Positions 10,410-22,750 of a stretch of 64,000 bases of DNA are shown here, piece after piece. The translations under genes and the position numbers were made by a program. Below the pieces are notes generated by a model, which saw only the letters and a program-made list of their open reading frames with translations, had not been told where the DNA came from and did not search any database. Position 1 is the first letter of the stretch. Every line of letters starts with the position of its first letter. Source of the DNA: Dimorphilus gyrociliatus (taxonomy: Eukaryota > Animalia > Annelida); NCBI GenBank assembly GCA_904063045.1, contig CAJFCJ010000002.1, positions 186,001 to 250,000 of the forward strand, written 5' to 3'.

Positions 10410-12923
10410 ATGACAGCCGGATCCTTCAAGAACTGTGATAGCCTGATTCCAAAGCAGGAGTTGATAGTTGAGAGACCGAAAGGGAGGTCTAGACACAGGT
10501 CTTCGCCCTCCGAAGCTCGAAGTGGAAATTTTGAGAAAGATAGACGAACTAACAGCCTTACATCTCTACATTTACCTTGTATAGCAGCAGTGACGACCTC
10601 AAGCAGTTTAGAAAATCTAATGGAGGAAAGACGTTCTCAACAATCTCAAGACTCGCAAGAAATAAAGGAAGTAACACCCAGTGAAAGCTGTCAGGGTCTC
10701 CTTGGTGAAAAAGACAACTGGAGATCAACCGTTTTCCAGCCAACTACATTCCAAAAAGTATTGGTTGTATTTGTACTGACCCTTGCCAACATTCTGAACT
10801 ATATGGATAGATATACAGTTGCAGGTAAATTGAACATTACTTTCCCGTATAATGTATACATAATTCTATGCAGACGGTATGTATTGATAAAAAATATCAG
10901 CTATCTCATAGTACTATAATGAGTTTAATAACTGATAAAAATACAAAGAACTAATAGGATTTATAATCAAAATAAATAGATAAAACTTATCATTTTTCTT
11001 TGAACAATATAGTAAAATTATATAATAGACTCGTGGAGACATGTTGATAAATAAAGTATATTTTTAAATTGTTAAGCAGCGGGTAATCAGCTAAAAATAC
11101 TTTTTAAAGAATAAACGAAATAATGTCTTGTTATTGTACGAAACCAGATACCGTGATTTTCATCCAGTCTTCTAGGTTCAAAAGTTGAATATATAAAGTA
11201 ACTTGTTTTATTTCAAAGGAGGGGGAGGATGTACCAGAATGATAGACAGAGGAGAGGAAGTTTACAAAAAAACAAACATACAATAAATTTACGATTTTAC
11301 CATTCTGCTGTAGTTTGCATTATTGACTTTTTTCTATATTTAAGCAAAACACGTTCTTACATTGATGGAATATATATATATATATATATATTTTAACAGG
11401 CGTTCTGAAACTGATTGAGATTGAATTCTTCGGGGAAGAAGGAAACAACCGTAGCCAATTAGGTTTATTACAAACAGCTTTTGTTATATCTTACATGATA
11501 TTCTCACCTATATTTGGATTTTTGGGTGATCGCTATAATAGGAAAGCTCTTATGATTGTTGGTATAGGTTTTTGGTCTGTTATAACGTTGGTTAGCTCAT
11601 TTGTTACTAAAGTAAGTTGAACTTTTCGAGTTTTTAGGTCGTATTTTCGTATTTAATAGTTGAATTTTATCATAAATTAGAATTATTGGACTTTTTTACT
11701 GATGAGAGCTCTTGTTGGTATTGGAGAAGCTAGTTATTCAACTATAGCTCCAACGATTATAGCCGATTACTTTATTGATGGTATGAGGAGTAAAATGCTC
11801 GCTGTATTCTATTTTGCTATTCCAGTTGGGTCTGGTTTAGGTTATATAATGTCGTCAGGTGTTGCTAAAGCCGCCTCTGGCGAATGGGCTTGGTCGTTTA
11901 GAGTCACGCCCATATTAGGTGTATTTTGTATATTTGGCTTATTTTTCATCCGTATCCCAGCTAGAGGAGCTTCTGAAGGGGCAGTTCACCTTAAGAACAC
12001 TTCTCTCAAAAAAGACATAAAGTATTTGCTGGCCAATGGCAGCTTTATGTTCTCAACATTAGGCTTTACTTGTGTATCTTTCGTGGCTGGTGCACTGGCG
12101 CTTTGGACGCCTTATTATATAAGTGATTCTCTTAAAGTTAATTTTGAGGAGAGAGGAATACTTCAACCAATGTCAAAAGAAACTATTAATATAACTTTTG
12201 GAGTATGCACATGCATAACAGGTTTATTAGGTGTGGCAATTGGTGCTACAAGCGCAAGATTCCTCAGAAGATGGACTCAAAAGTCTGATCCAATTGTCTG
12301 TGGAATTGGCTTGGCTGTTGCTGCACCAACAATTTTTATAGCAATTGCGTTATCTTGTATTAATCTCAAAGCGACGTGGGCTTTCATATTTATTTCCGAG
12401 CTGTTTCTTTCCTTAAATTGGTCAATTGTCGCCGATATTCTTATGTGCGTTGTAATTCCTACAAGAAGGTCAATGGCCGAAGCTATTCAAATTCTAATAT
12501 CACATGCCTTCGGGGACGCGGGAAGCCCATTCTTAGTAGGACAGGTAAACAATACCATTGCCAAAGGTTTAACCTTCAACTAATCCTCTGAATAATTTGT
12601 AAACAGATTGCTGACGGAATAGGAAAAAGTATGACAAATTCGACGGAGATATACAGATCTTATAAATCTCTTCAGTATTCTATGTATATAAATTCAGTTG
12701 TTTGCTCATTGGGTGCAATTTGTTTCTTTGCCACTGCGCACTTTATCTCAAAAGACCGAAAAGCAGTTAATGATGTCGTTCATAAGGGTAGGCTTAAAAA
12801 ATAATTTAATACCCATAATCAGAAATCTAATCTAATGTTATTTTAATTATAGGTGAAATTGAAATGGAGTCCTCAAATACTAATTGCTCAGTTATTGGAC
12901 AAGAAAAACCACCTATAGCTTAG
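10410..12923 (+). CDS. SPNS1: Spinster MFS lysosomal transporter; exons 10410-10824, 11400-11611, 11681-12544, 12607-12787, 12853-12923 (start may instead be 10620)
   Basis: [15 protein letters not shown]|[43 protein letters not shown] and [14 protein letters not shown]. Canonical splice sites keep the frame. Confidence 0.92.
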
Positions 12924-14083
12924 AGGAAAATTATCATCCTTTCTTTAAGTTTATTCAAGCTTAAAGGAATTGACTATTTTTTCTTTTATCAGGACGCTTT
13001 TTGAAAGTCTTTCATTTGAGTCTCAGTTATTGAGCTCATAAAAACTCAAATTTATCCATTATTTATTTTCCTAGGATTTGGATATTTTAAAAGATTTCTT
13101 TTCTCAGTTTTCAAGCAAATCTATTACGTGTATATAAATATATATATATATATATATTAAAAAAATTGTGCTGTGTAGCATGCTATATATAAATAAACAA
13201 ATAAAAACAAGAAAAATATAAATACAAATATACACGTGCAACATATATACTGTGCAGTATTAGAAAAATAATTTTCTTATTTATTTAATCTAAAGGTAGT
13301 CCGATTTTTATCGACACTTGTCTAAATTCAAATGCAAAAGTATTATATTTATCAGTATTTTTTATCTATTACCGGACTCTTCTTTTTAGTACAAACAGTT
13401 TTAAAATGGTTTTCAGTTGGTATTAAGTAACGTCTATTTTTTATCTTGGTAAACATGCCGATAGTAAAAAGAAAAATAAAAGTTGAAATCAGTACAAATT
13501 AGATAAAAACAGTTTTTATACTCCGCTTTATAAAATATTAAAATTATTTCTTTCAATTCATTTCTTATACGAAAGCTTAAAGGTTTTTACAATTTAATCC
13601 AAAACCTCCATGAATATTTTATAGGTATAAGAAAGCTACAGAAAGCTAAAAACAAGTTATCAAAGATTTTATTCTTCTATACTCTCATTTAGTATTATAA
13701 TGAACTGATTTTTTGCAATGTAAAATCTTCAGGTGAACTGGAATAAAGAAACTGAAAATAAACAAACGAAATAAAAAAAAGACAGCAACAATAACAAAAA
13801 CAAAAGAGAGATATCTGATTCATTAGGATATCAATTAGATTTATCTAACAAAGCAATGTTGGAAAATATTTTATAGATTTCTTACTTGGAAATTCAACTA
13901 GTTTTTGTTTTTCGTCTTAAAAGCTGGTCAACAACGTTTTCGATATCTATTACATTCTAGTCCTAAATATGTTTTTAATGCTTATAGATAATATTTCGTT
14001 TTGTTAGTCAAACGTAGTTTTCACAAATACATTCTACTTATAATGTAGAAAAAAAGGGTGTCTTTTTCAGTGTTTGTACAACG

Positions 14084-14108
14084 ACAACAACAACAACAAC
14101 AACAACAA
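14084..14108. repeat. (ACA)n microsatellite
   Basis: About 8 direct ACA units. Confidence 0.85.
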
Positions 14109-16023
14109 GAAACCGTTTATGAAGAATGGTGATTACGCAACACTGATAAACTAGTATTAGGCAAATATTTTATTTCGTTGTTTATTTTAATGTTTTTGTT
14201 GATAAAGCCAAAAAGTAATACATTATTGGAAAAAGAAATTATATAGGAAACCTTGAAGTTTTGGAATTTGGAAGTCGTTTTCACTCTCTAAAACATAAAA
14301 AATAGAGAGAACAATAAGAAATTTTAAAAATTTATTACGGTTAAATATATAGACATTAACCATTCTTCTCTTTCTTTTTTTTTACTATATCTATTGTATT
14401 CATACAAACGCATGTATAAGATATACGATTGTAAATTGTTTGTGAAAGGTGACTAATAGGCTTATGAATATTTACTAAGATAAGAAAAGTTAGTCACTTC
14501 ACTGTCTGATTATTCAGACGAATTAGTAATTGCGAACTCTGCAATATAAAAACAGATGGCGTTAGCGGTTTATCATCCCTATGCAATCATTGGCGGCTTT
14601 AATGCTTAGTTAATAATTTATCATCATTGACTCTGGTTGAGTCGTTTAGTAATTTTGATTGATCAGTGAAAATAGATACCAAATAAAATGATATAAATCA
14701 TGCATAAACTAGCTTTCTTTCTTAGTAAAGTAGGTAGAATGAGCAGATAAAAAGTTCAATCAGTACCATATCTTTATGAATAATGTAACTGTATTTTTGC
14801 TGTTGATTATTCATCTGATCGAAAACTACATTGATATTATTATTATTATTATTATTATGAGGAAATTAATTCAAACGATAGAGAGATGTATATCAACTGC
14901 AATATCATTGTCGAAGACAGATAGTCCTCTGGGTTATAAGATATGCAATTTAGAGGAACATTATCTGCTAAGACATTCGATTGGTTAGCTTAGGAGACAG
15001 TTTTAGATTAAGGGAAAGAATCTATTTGCATACGAAAATAAGAATGAATATTTAATTTAAGGCTATAACATCAACATCATTTTCCCTTTTAGAAATTCCC
15101 GCGAATGTTATGAAATATTTATGAAATAAATACTTTTAATAGTAGAAAATATATTATTTAATAATCAATTAATAATTATATAAACGTTTCATATCTGCCG
15201 ATAAAATTACCTGATCCTTTAATATATTTTTATAAAATGATAATAATCCACTCATAGCAGATTAGATAGATAATATTAACTCATCATTATCTATAACTAT
15301 CACAATAATACGATGATTGTTTTCAACATAGCCTTAAGACTAATAAGGCTAATAACTTATTTTAAAAGGTTATAGTTCAATAGATTACTAAACATTTTAT
15401 GTAGTTTTGTTTTGTTTTTTAAGATTAACAATCAATAACTAACTTGATTGTTAATCTTCTAATTTCACTTTCTACATAGTCATGTTCGTTTAACGGTCAT
15501 CACAAACTTTCAATACTAATTCAAAACAAACATGCTTGTAAGTTTTATTTATATTTTTTTTTTAAAAAAAAAACCTGACATTTTTTTTATTATCTAATTA
15601 GAAATAATAGAAATCCCGTCAATTATTTCAAATCTTCTTTAAAAGAATATAATATATAAATTTATATATATATATCTGAAATACTATTTAGAATACTATA
15701 ACAGTATACAAGTCAATTATTCAAAAAAGTTACAGTATTAAGCAGTTTTGAGTACTAATAAATAACGAATATTAACTGGTAAACTTTAATCTTCGTATAA
15801 ACTTGAAATAAATACCATTTAACTAAAAGTATAATAAATTTAGTAAAACGTAAGTAAAGATGTTTTATTTCTTTCGAGTTAATATAAACATTAAAATTTG
15901 TTATATAAACAAGAGAAAAAACCTCTCAAGGGAAAATGGTAGTTATCTTGAAAATTTCATATTTTTAAGTGTCATGTTTGAATTTCATCTTTCGACGTTA
16001 CGACGGATATTTCAAACGTAACT

Positions 16024-17709
16024 TTAACTGAGATTATCTTCAGTTGTATAATTATTTCCAGCTGTAGCCAAATGATTAAGAATAATGGACAGGTATATTA
16101 CTAAAACAACTGACATCAATATTGCCCAAAATCTATCTAGAATTCTGGCCGCTTTATTCCACTCCTTTCGACTTTTATCTAAACTATCTTGCTCGGTATC
16201 GTCAGCTATTTTCTTCCTAATGAATTCTTTTACTTCATTAGATAAATTTACAGTTGTATAAAATTCATTAATGTTTTCATTAAAAGCATTTTTTTTCTCC
16301 AATCCCATCTTATCATCACATTTACAGTCAATCTGTGAAAGATGCAAACAATTTATAAATAAGTTAAATTATAAAGCGAAATATTACTTTCTTTCGACAA
16401 ACGCATATTTTACAAAACACTAGATTGGCCACGTAGTCGAAAAGAAAAGTTTTTAACCATGAAGGCATTGGCTTCTCCGGTGAATGATGATGAATATTTA
16501 TGATAATTACCGTTATAAGAAGACAAAACGCCGTAAATGTCATATTCATGAGAACAATTATCACTATAAAAGTTTTCTGGAGTGATTACACTGGGATGCT
16601 TATTAAGAATTATACAGCTAAACTTACTTAGCAATGGAGCAGTCTCTGAATTCCGTGGTAAAATATCCGATATTAAAAGTAATAATACAGAATACGATAA
16701 GAGGACGCTAATACCTAAAGAAACCTTCTCTCCGCTCTCACAAGGTAAAAGGAACATATAGAATGTTAGAATTGTTGTTAGGCATAGAGGAAACGTCAGC
16801 GTCATTGTGTAATATAGAGGCTTTCTCTTTAAAACTATGGTTGCATAAAACAAATCTAAACCCCCTTTGTTTGCAACGATGACGGGTTTTACTCCACTCT
16901 TTGTCTCCAGTATTGTCCATTCGTGATTTTGTACAAACAATTGCAAGTTTACATCGGTGGTTGAGTTCCTATACTCCATTTGATCGTTGAATGTCATCCA
17001 TTTCACAAATTCCAAATGACAAACTTGCACATCAAAAGGAAAATAAGTTAATTGAACTTTACAACTTGTTAGGAAGTTTGCTCCGGGTACATATACTACA
17101 TTTCCATTATGTTGAACTTTTATTTTATACTTAAGCTTCACAGTTAGATCATTGCTCTCAGTAATACTATTCTTTAAACAGAGCTCAGGTAACCAAACTT
17201 TGTCGTAAGGAACAATTATATAGTCTACTTTTTCTTCCGTTTTATTCCATTTTAGAAACTCATCAAACCAGCTCTAAAAGTTTTTGAAAATAGCGTAACG
17301 AACTTTTATCATTAAAAATACATTCCTTACCAATCCTAACCATCCGTAAGACATAAGGTATTGCTCTTTTTCATTCTAAGAAAAAGTATTTACGTAGACT
17401 TAATATAAGTTTCTTATTTAATAAAAATAAAATGAATGTTATATACCAGTTGATCAATTTTACCCAAGTAAAATGCAATATCGACATATATAGCTTTTGT
17501 AGGATCCTTTTTAGGTCTAACATCTTTATTATAATCTTTAAAAAGTCGCTTCACGAGCCGATATTCGACGCTCTCTAATTTATTCATAATATGAAAATTA
17601 ATACTAATTAGCGATTATTATTTTACTTATTTAATTTACCTTGACAGGTAGTCCTGTAAAATAAGAAACTAATAACTAAAAGATAGATAACACACCAAGA
17701 AAAGTTCAT
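16024..17709 (-). CDS. Cys-loop ligand-gated ion channel subunit, nAChR-like non-alpha (paralogue A), 6 exons
   Basis: Signal peptide MNFSWCVIYLL..., YRLVKRLFKDYNKDVRP, WLPE, Cys-loop CKVQLTYFPFDVQVC, RKPLYY-M1, LPCESGEKVSLGISVLLS (M2), and M4 ARILDRF. No vicinal Cys pair in loop C. Confidence 0.9.
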
Positions 17710-18761
17710 TATGTCTTGGCATTCATCAACTGACTCATGCAAACCTTTCAGTCACATGTATACTTCAATTATCTATAAATGTTTTAACAGACTAATGCTT
17801 TTCTATCTGACAAACAATGCAATCATCAAACATGTATTATAAAATACTTATAAATCAATAAGCTTCTTTTTGTCAATCAATTAGAGGAAACTTATATTTT
17901 TAGGCAATAGTAAAAGTTTATTTAAATTAATAGGCTTTATCAAATATTCTATTTATAATATTGCTAATTACCCTTGAATAGCAACTAATTTTACTATATC
18001 TGCAACCAGATATTGCTAGCTAAATTATAAATTAGCCTTTTAGTTTCTATCTAAAAATCTACAATTTTGATATTTATAGCTCTTATTACTTTGATTTTAA
18101 AACTTGAAAATCTCTAAGCGAATGCAATTACAAGCAAACAAGCTACATACTTTTATATATGACGCAATAGTTAAAACTAAGTGGAAAAAGTTCTTTTTTT
18201 TTTGTTACATTGTTTAAACTTTTCTATGAGTTTCTATCTTATTGATATTCTGTAGTATAGGAATGTTAAATGAAAATCGAATAACTAATGCACCTATTGG
18301 GACAATTAGTCACAATAACATAACGCTCTCTCCTCTTAATTATTCAAAAAGCTATATTGAGAGCATTTTGAGCCCAAATCAAGAATACCCTGTATGTACC
18401 TCGATACTCTATATGACTTCTGTTACACTTAGCCGATCAACTCTTTAATTAAACATATACTTCGTTAAGTAGTATCTCCACTGAATAGGGTTAATTTATT
18501 TGTAAAAGTTTTGAATTCCAATCTAGGGGGCATTCGCTTGAAAGTTGCTATATACCTAAAATGTATAAAATGTTTGTAAACTTTTGCCTCGAATAAAGTC
18601 GATCAAGTTGAATGGTTGAATGGGCGAAAGTAGATGAATTAAAAAAAAAAAACAACAAACTAAAAATAGAATTTTCTTTTTGTGACTAAATAAAGAATCT
18701 TGATAGTTTTTTCTTGATAAGCAAGTACGATTAGGTCAATGAATTCAAAACGGGTACTTTA

Positions 18762-18771
18762 GCGCATGCGT
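18762..18771 (+). promoter_or_regulatory. NRF1-like site (GCGCATGCGT) upstream of the SOCS-box gene
   Basis: Near-palindromic GCGCATGCG about 75 bp upstream of ATG 18845, in otherwise AT-rich DNA. Confidence 0.45.
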
Positions 18772-18844
18772 GGAGTGTAAAATACACCAGAAGAAAGTTC
18801 AAAACAATTCAATCGTTTCCCACGGACTAAACTAGCAAGTTAAA

Positions 18845-19661
18845 ATGTCATTTCCTTGTGTTTTTCCTCAAAATTACTTTATCGATCTATTAAGAAGAGG
18901 ATCAGTTGAGGAGGCTAGGAAAAATCTAGCCCTTTATTTTGCGAAAAATGAGGATCCTGATCAATTACAGTAAGGATTATCTAAAATGTTATTTTTGATG
19001 AAAAAGCATGGTCAATTAAATGAGATAGTTTCAATGGTATTTTTCTATTCCATCTTTCAGATCAGATATACTTGGGTGTCTAAACGATGTTTCACTGGTT
19101 CTACAATCGTCATACTACTCAATAAGTTTCAAAGCAGATGCCCTGGCTGCATGCACAGATTTTCTCACAAGTTTTAATCTCTACTACTTCATTGTAGCTA
19201 TGTACCGTGTGAAAGACAACGGTTTACAAGATCCAGAATTTCTCTGCCAACTCGTTCAAAGAGGAGTTTTTCTCGATAACGTTTTCTTTGGAATAATATC
19301 TCGATTAATTCTAAGGGATATTTATAGAGCTCATAAAGTAATTGAAATATGGCAGGGTGAACTTGACGAAGAACAATGGTCAAATTACGGAATAGAAACG
19401 GAACTTGAATCAAAGATCACATGCCTCCAAATGATATTCAGATCAAGCAACGAATTTGGGAACATATATTGTTTAGAGAAGGTCTTAAGTTTCATGCCAA
19501 TTTTAGAAGAATTTAGATGGTTCTGCCGATTCTCGCTGAAAAAATCTTGCCGATTAGTGATAATGAAACACCTACTTAGCGCAGGTAACTATCCAAATGG
19601 TGTTTATCGATTACAATTACCAAAGATAATGGAAAGATTTATTCTATGTGAAATTGATTAA
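18845..19661 (+). CDS. Orphan SOCS-box protein, ~240 aa; exons 18845-18969 and 19061-19661
   Basis: CA|gtaagg...tttcag|A splicing joins exon 1 to an open frame that runs into the 19200 ORF. The C-terminus has a BC-box (FSLKKSCRLVI) and a Cul5-box-like LQLPKIMERFI. Confidence 0.7.
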
Positions 19662-19880
19662 TATTGTTAAATTTATTTGTTAAAACAAACAAACAACAAA
19701 AATAACTTGTACATAAACATTTTCCAAACAATGTAAAAAGCAACTTGGTGTGAATAATTCCGAATTATAGATGTATTTCAATTAGGTTGTTATGTTCGTA
19801 CATTTTACGGAAAAAATAATGAATCTGTATTATTCTTCTTGAACAAATTATTTATTTTTAACATAACTAATAGTTTAGCC

Positions 19881-21628
19881 TTATATTTTACCCAAATTTC
19901 GCTTAATGTCATAAGATTCTACTGATGCATAGTTATATAAAAAGAAGAATAATAAAAATACAGAAAACAATACAATACTTAATATTAAAAAAAATGTATT
20001 ACACACCCGGGACGCTTGACGCCAGCATTCCTTGTTGTACTCTAGTAAAACATCTTTATTTCGCTTTTCGAGTTTTTCTTCAAAGTAGTGTTCAATTAGG
20101 GAATGAGTAGAATTTTTTGACTTTGTATTCAACCTTCCTCGTATATTGATCTGTAAAAATTAAAAAAACAAACTCTCTTATTAGAATATATAGGTTCTCT
20201 TTCGATTTTTTTTCACCTTTGGTGTATTATCATAATTTTCTGGCAATCTGCAATGTATATAGCGTCCAATTACTCGAAAAATTATGAATTTTACACTTTT
20301 CGGCATTGGGGTTGGTCGGTTGAATAAGTTCAAAACAACAACGTTGAACAGAAGGCATAAAGCGGTAAATATCATATTTACAAAGACTGATATCACTAAA
20401 AGAACAAAAAAATATGAAAATATTATTGTTATTGTTTAATAAATAGGTCATTAATAACTACTTAGCATTGGTGGTTTCTCTGAATTTTTCGGTAGAACTT
20501 CAGACATCATCAATGTTAGAACGGAATAAGATAGCAAAACGCTGATTCCAAGTGAAATCTTTTCACCGCTTTCGCAAGGTAATAAAAATGTACAAAATGA
20601 TACCAAAGTTATTAGGAATAGTGGTCCAGTTAGTATTAAATTATAATATAAAGATTTCCTCTGTAAAACCAGTGATACGTAGCTCAATGTTAAATTTGCC
20701 ATTTCGGGCGTTATTGAAGTTTTAGACCCAATTTTTGAATTTATTACTATCCACTCGGAATTTGACGTTGAGAAATCCGACTTAATTGATTGATTGAGAG
20801 GTTCGTATGATACGTCACCAATGTTACTAGAAATTGTTACAAATTCTATGTGACATACCTTTAAGTATACGTATAAATAAGTATACATCGTCAAAACACA
20901 TTTCAAAGTTTACCTGAATGTCGTGTGGAAATCTCTGAATATTGACTAAGCACGAAGTCTTTACTTGTAAATTAGTTATAAATATCACGGCTCCTGAAAA
21001 GAATATTCTTATCCTATTCTTTCCTCTGAATGACAAATCTCCAATAGCCTCCATGCCGTTTCTTAGCGACATTTCAGGCATCCAAATTTTATCCGATGTT
21101 GTTACTATAGATGTTACATTCTCTTTTCTAAAGTCCCATGAAAGAAATTCATCTTTCCAGGACTAATGCATTAAATTATTAATTAGACATTTAAAGATTA
21201 ATTAACAAAATTCTAGATGAAAAGCAATTGATCCCCTTACATAATGCAACCAGCCAAGTGATTTAAGATATTGTTCTTTCTCATTCTGCATAAATAAATA
21301 TTAATAAGAAATATAATGCATCCATTTAGGTTTTTATGGCTGATTAGCAAAGAGTTAAAGTCTACTCACCAAGCTTTCAATGAATCCTAAAGAGTAGCTA
21401 AAAGCAACTTTAGTTATAGTTCTAACATCTTTAACTGGTCTAACAGTTGGGTCATAATTTTTAAATAGCTTTTGTTTTAATTTATACTCTTGATTTTCAG
21501 AATCTAAAGTATAATTTTTTATATTAAAGTTGGTCTATTAAGTCTTGAATACGGAAGAACTTACATACTAAAGAAGTATAATATGAAATACCATATAAAA
21601 GTAGACCGTGGCGAAGTAAATTCATCAT
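19881..21628 (-). CDS. Cys-loop ligand-gated ion channel subunit, nAChR-like non-alpha (paralogue B), ~7 exons
   Basis: MMNLLRHGLLLYG signal, YKLKQKLFKNYDPTVRP, NEKEQYLKSLGWL, WMPE, Cys-loop CLVNIQRFPHDIQ|VC (55-nt intron inside), RKSLYY, LPCESGEKISLGISVLLS, and M4 ASRVCNTF. Confidence 0.88.
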
Positions 21629-22123
21629 ATTCCGACCTCTTCGAAGAATTATACATTATTATTATTAATATTAATATAAAGATTCTATAAAACATATAAA
21701 ATTTAATATGATAAATTCATAAGATAATATTTATATATTTTAAATGACTGTAGTAAATCAGATAACAGAAAATGTATTGGGTAAATATGAAAAGAAGATA
21801 ATTATTTACCTGGAGAAAATTGAAGTTAGTTATATGAAGTTGTCTCCTTCCTAAGTAATAAATAGAAAACAATTTAAGAACGACAGGTGGCACTAAGTTA
21901 ATGATCTCCTGCATAATGGGTTGTCGACCTTTTTTTCTTAGGCTTGTATAAGATATCTTAAAAGACACCTGTCTTTTTTATTATGGTATAACAAGCTTTT
22001 TGTACATATGTACTAATATATAAATGTAAGTTTATTTATCAATCATCAGTCAGTCAGTAATTCAAAAAAAATATAAAGCGACTATTCAACTAGAACGTTA
22101 CTTTTATGTCAAAATTTCGATAA

Positions 22124-22750
22124 TTAAGGATTAGGATAAGGGCTTGGATAGTGCTGTTGATTATTTGGATAGGGACTCTGTCCTTGTTGGTTTCCCGGAG
22201 GTGCGGTAGGATAGGTATTAGAGTTCGATCCCGAAAAATTTGGATAAGGGGACTGCGAAGCCTGCGAGGATGGTGCCATAAAGCCTCCTCCAGGATAGGG
22301 AGCTTGAGCTGGATTTGCTCCAGGTGCCATAGGACCGCCTCCAGGGTATGGTACTTGGTTGGATGGTCCTCCCGAAGGATAAGGTGCTTGTCCAGAATTG
22401 AAATTTGGCGCTGATGGGGCTGTCCCAGGATAAGGACTAGGTGCAGAGCTTGGTTGAGATGACGGCGGTGCTCCTGGAAGAGGAGCCGAACCAGGATAAG
22501 GACTATATCCGGAATTTTGTTGGGAAGCTGGCGGTGCTCCAGGTATAGGTGCTGATCCAGGATAAGGATTCTGCCCTGGATAAGGTGCTTGTCCAGCATT
22601 ATTATATGGAGCCGATGGTGCCCCAGGCGCAGGATAAGCATTTTGCCCAGGATACGGTAATTGTCCAGCATTCTGGCTGGGTCCAGAGGGGGCGCCAGGT
22701 GTAGGATAAACAGGGTTAGCAGGAGGTGGACCTTGAGGTTCTGGACCGCC
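22124..22750 (-). repeat. Coding low-complexity repeat (GQAPYPG-like units) in the copine tail
   Basis: 15 YP dipeptides, 11 of them as PYP. Nucleotide echoes such as ggataaggtgcttgtccag occur near 22377 and 22578. Confidence 0.85.

Noticed and set aside
17455-17472. TTACCCAAGT resembling the nematode SL1 leader
   Set aside because: It lies within an nAChR coding exon on the opposite strand and has no SL RNA stem-loops or Sm site.
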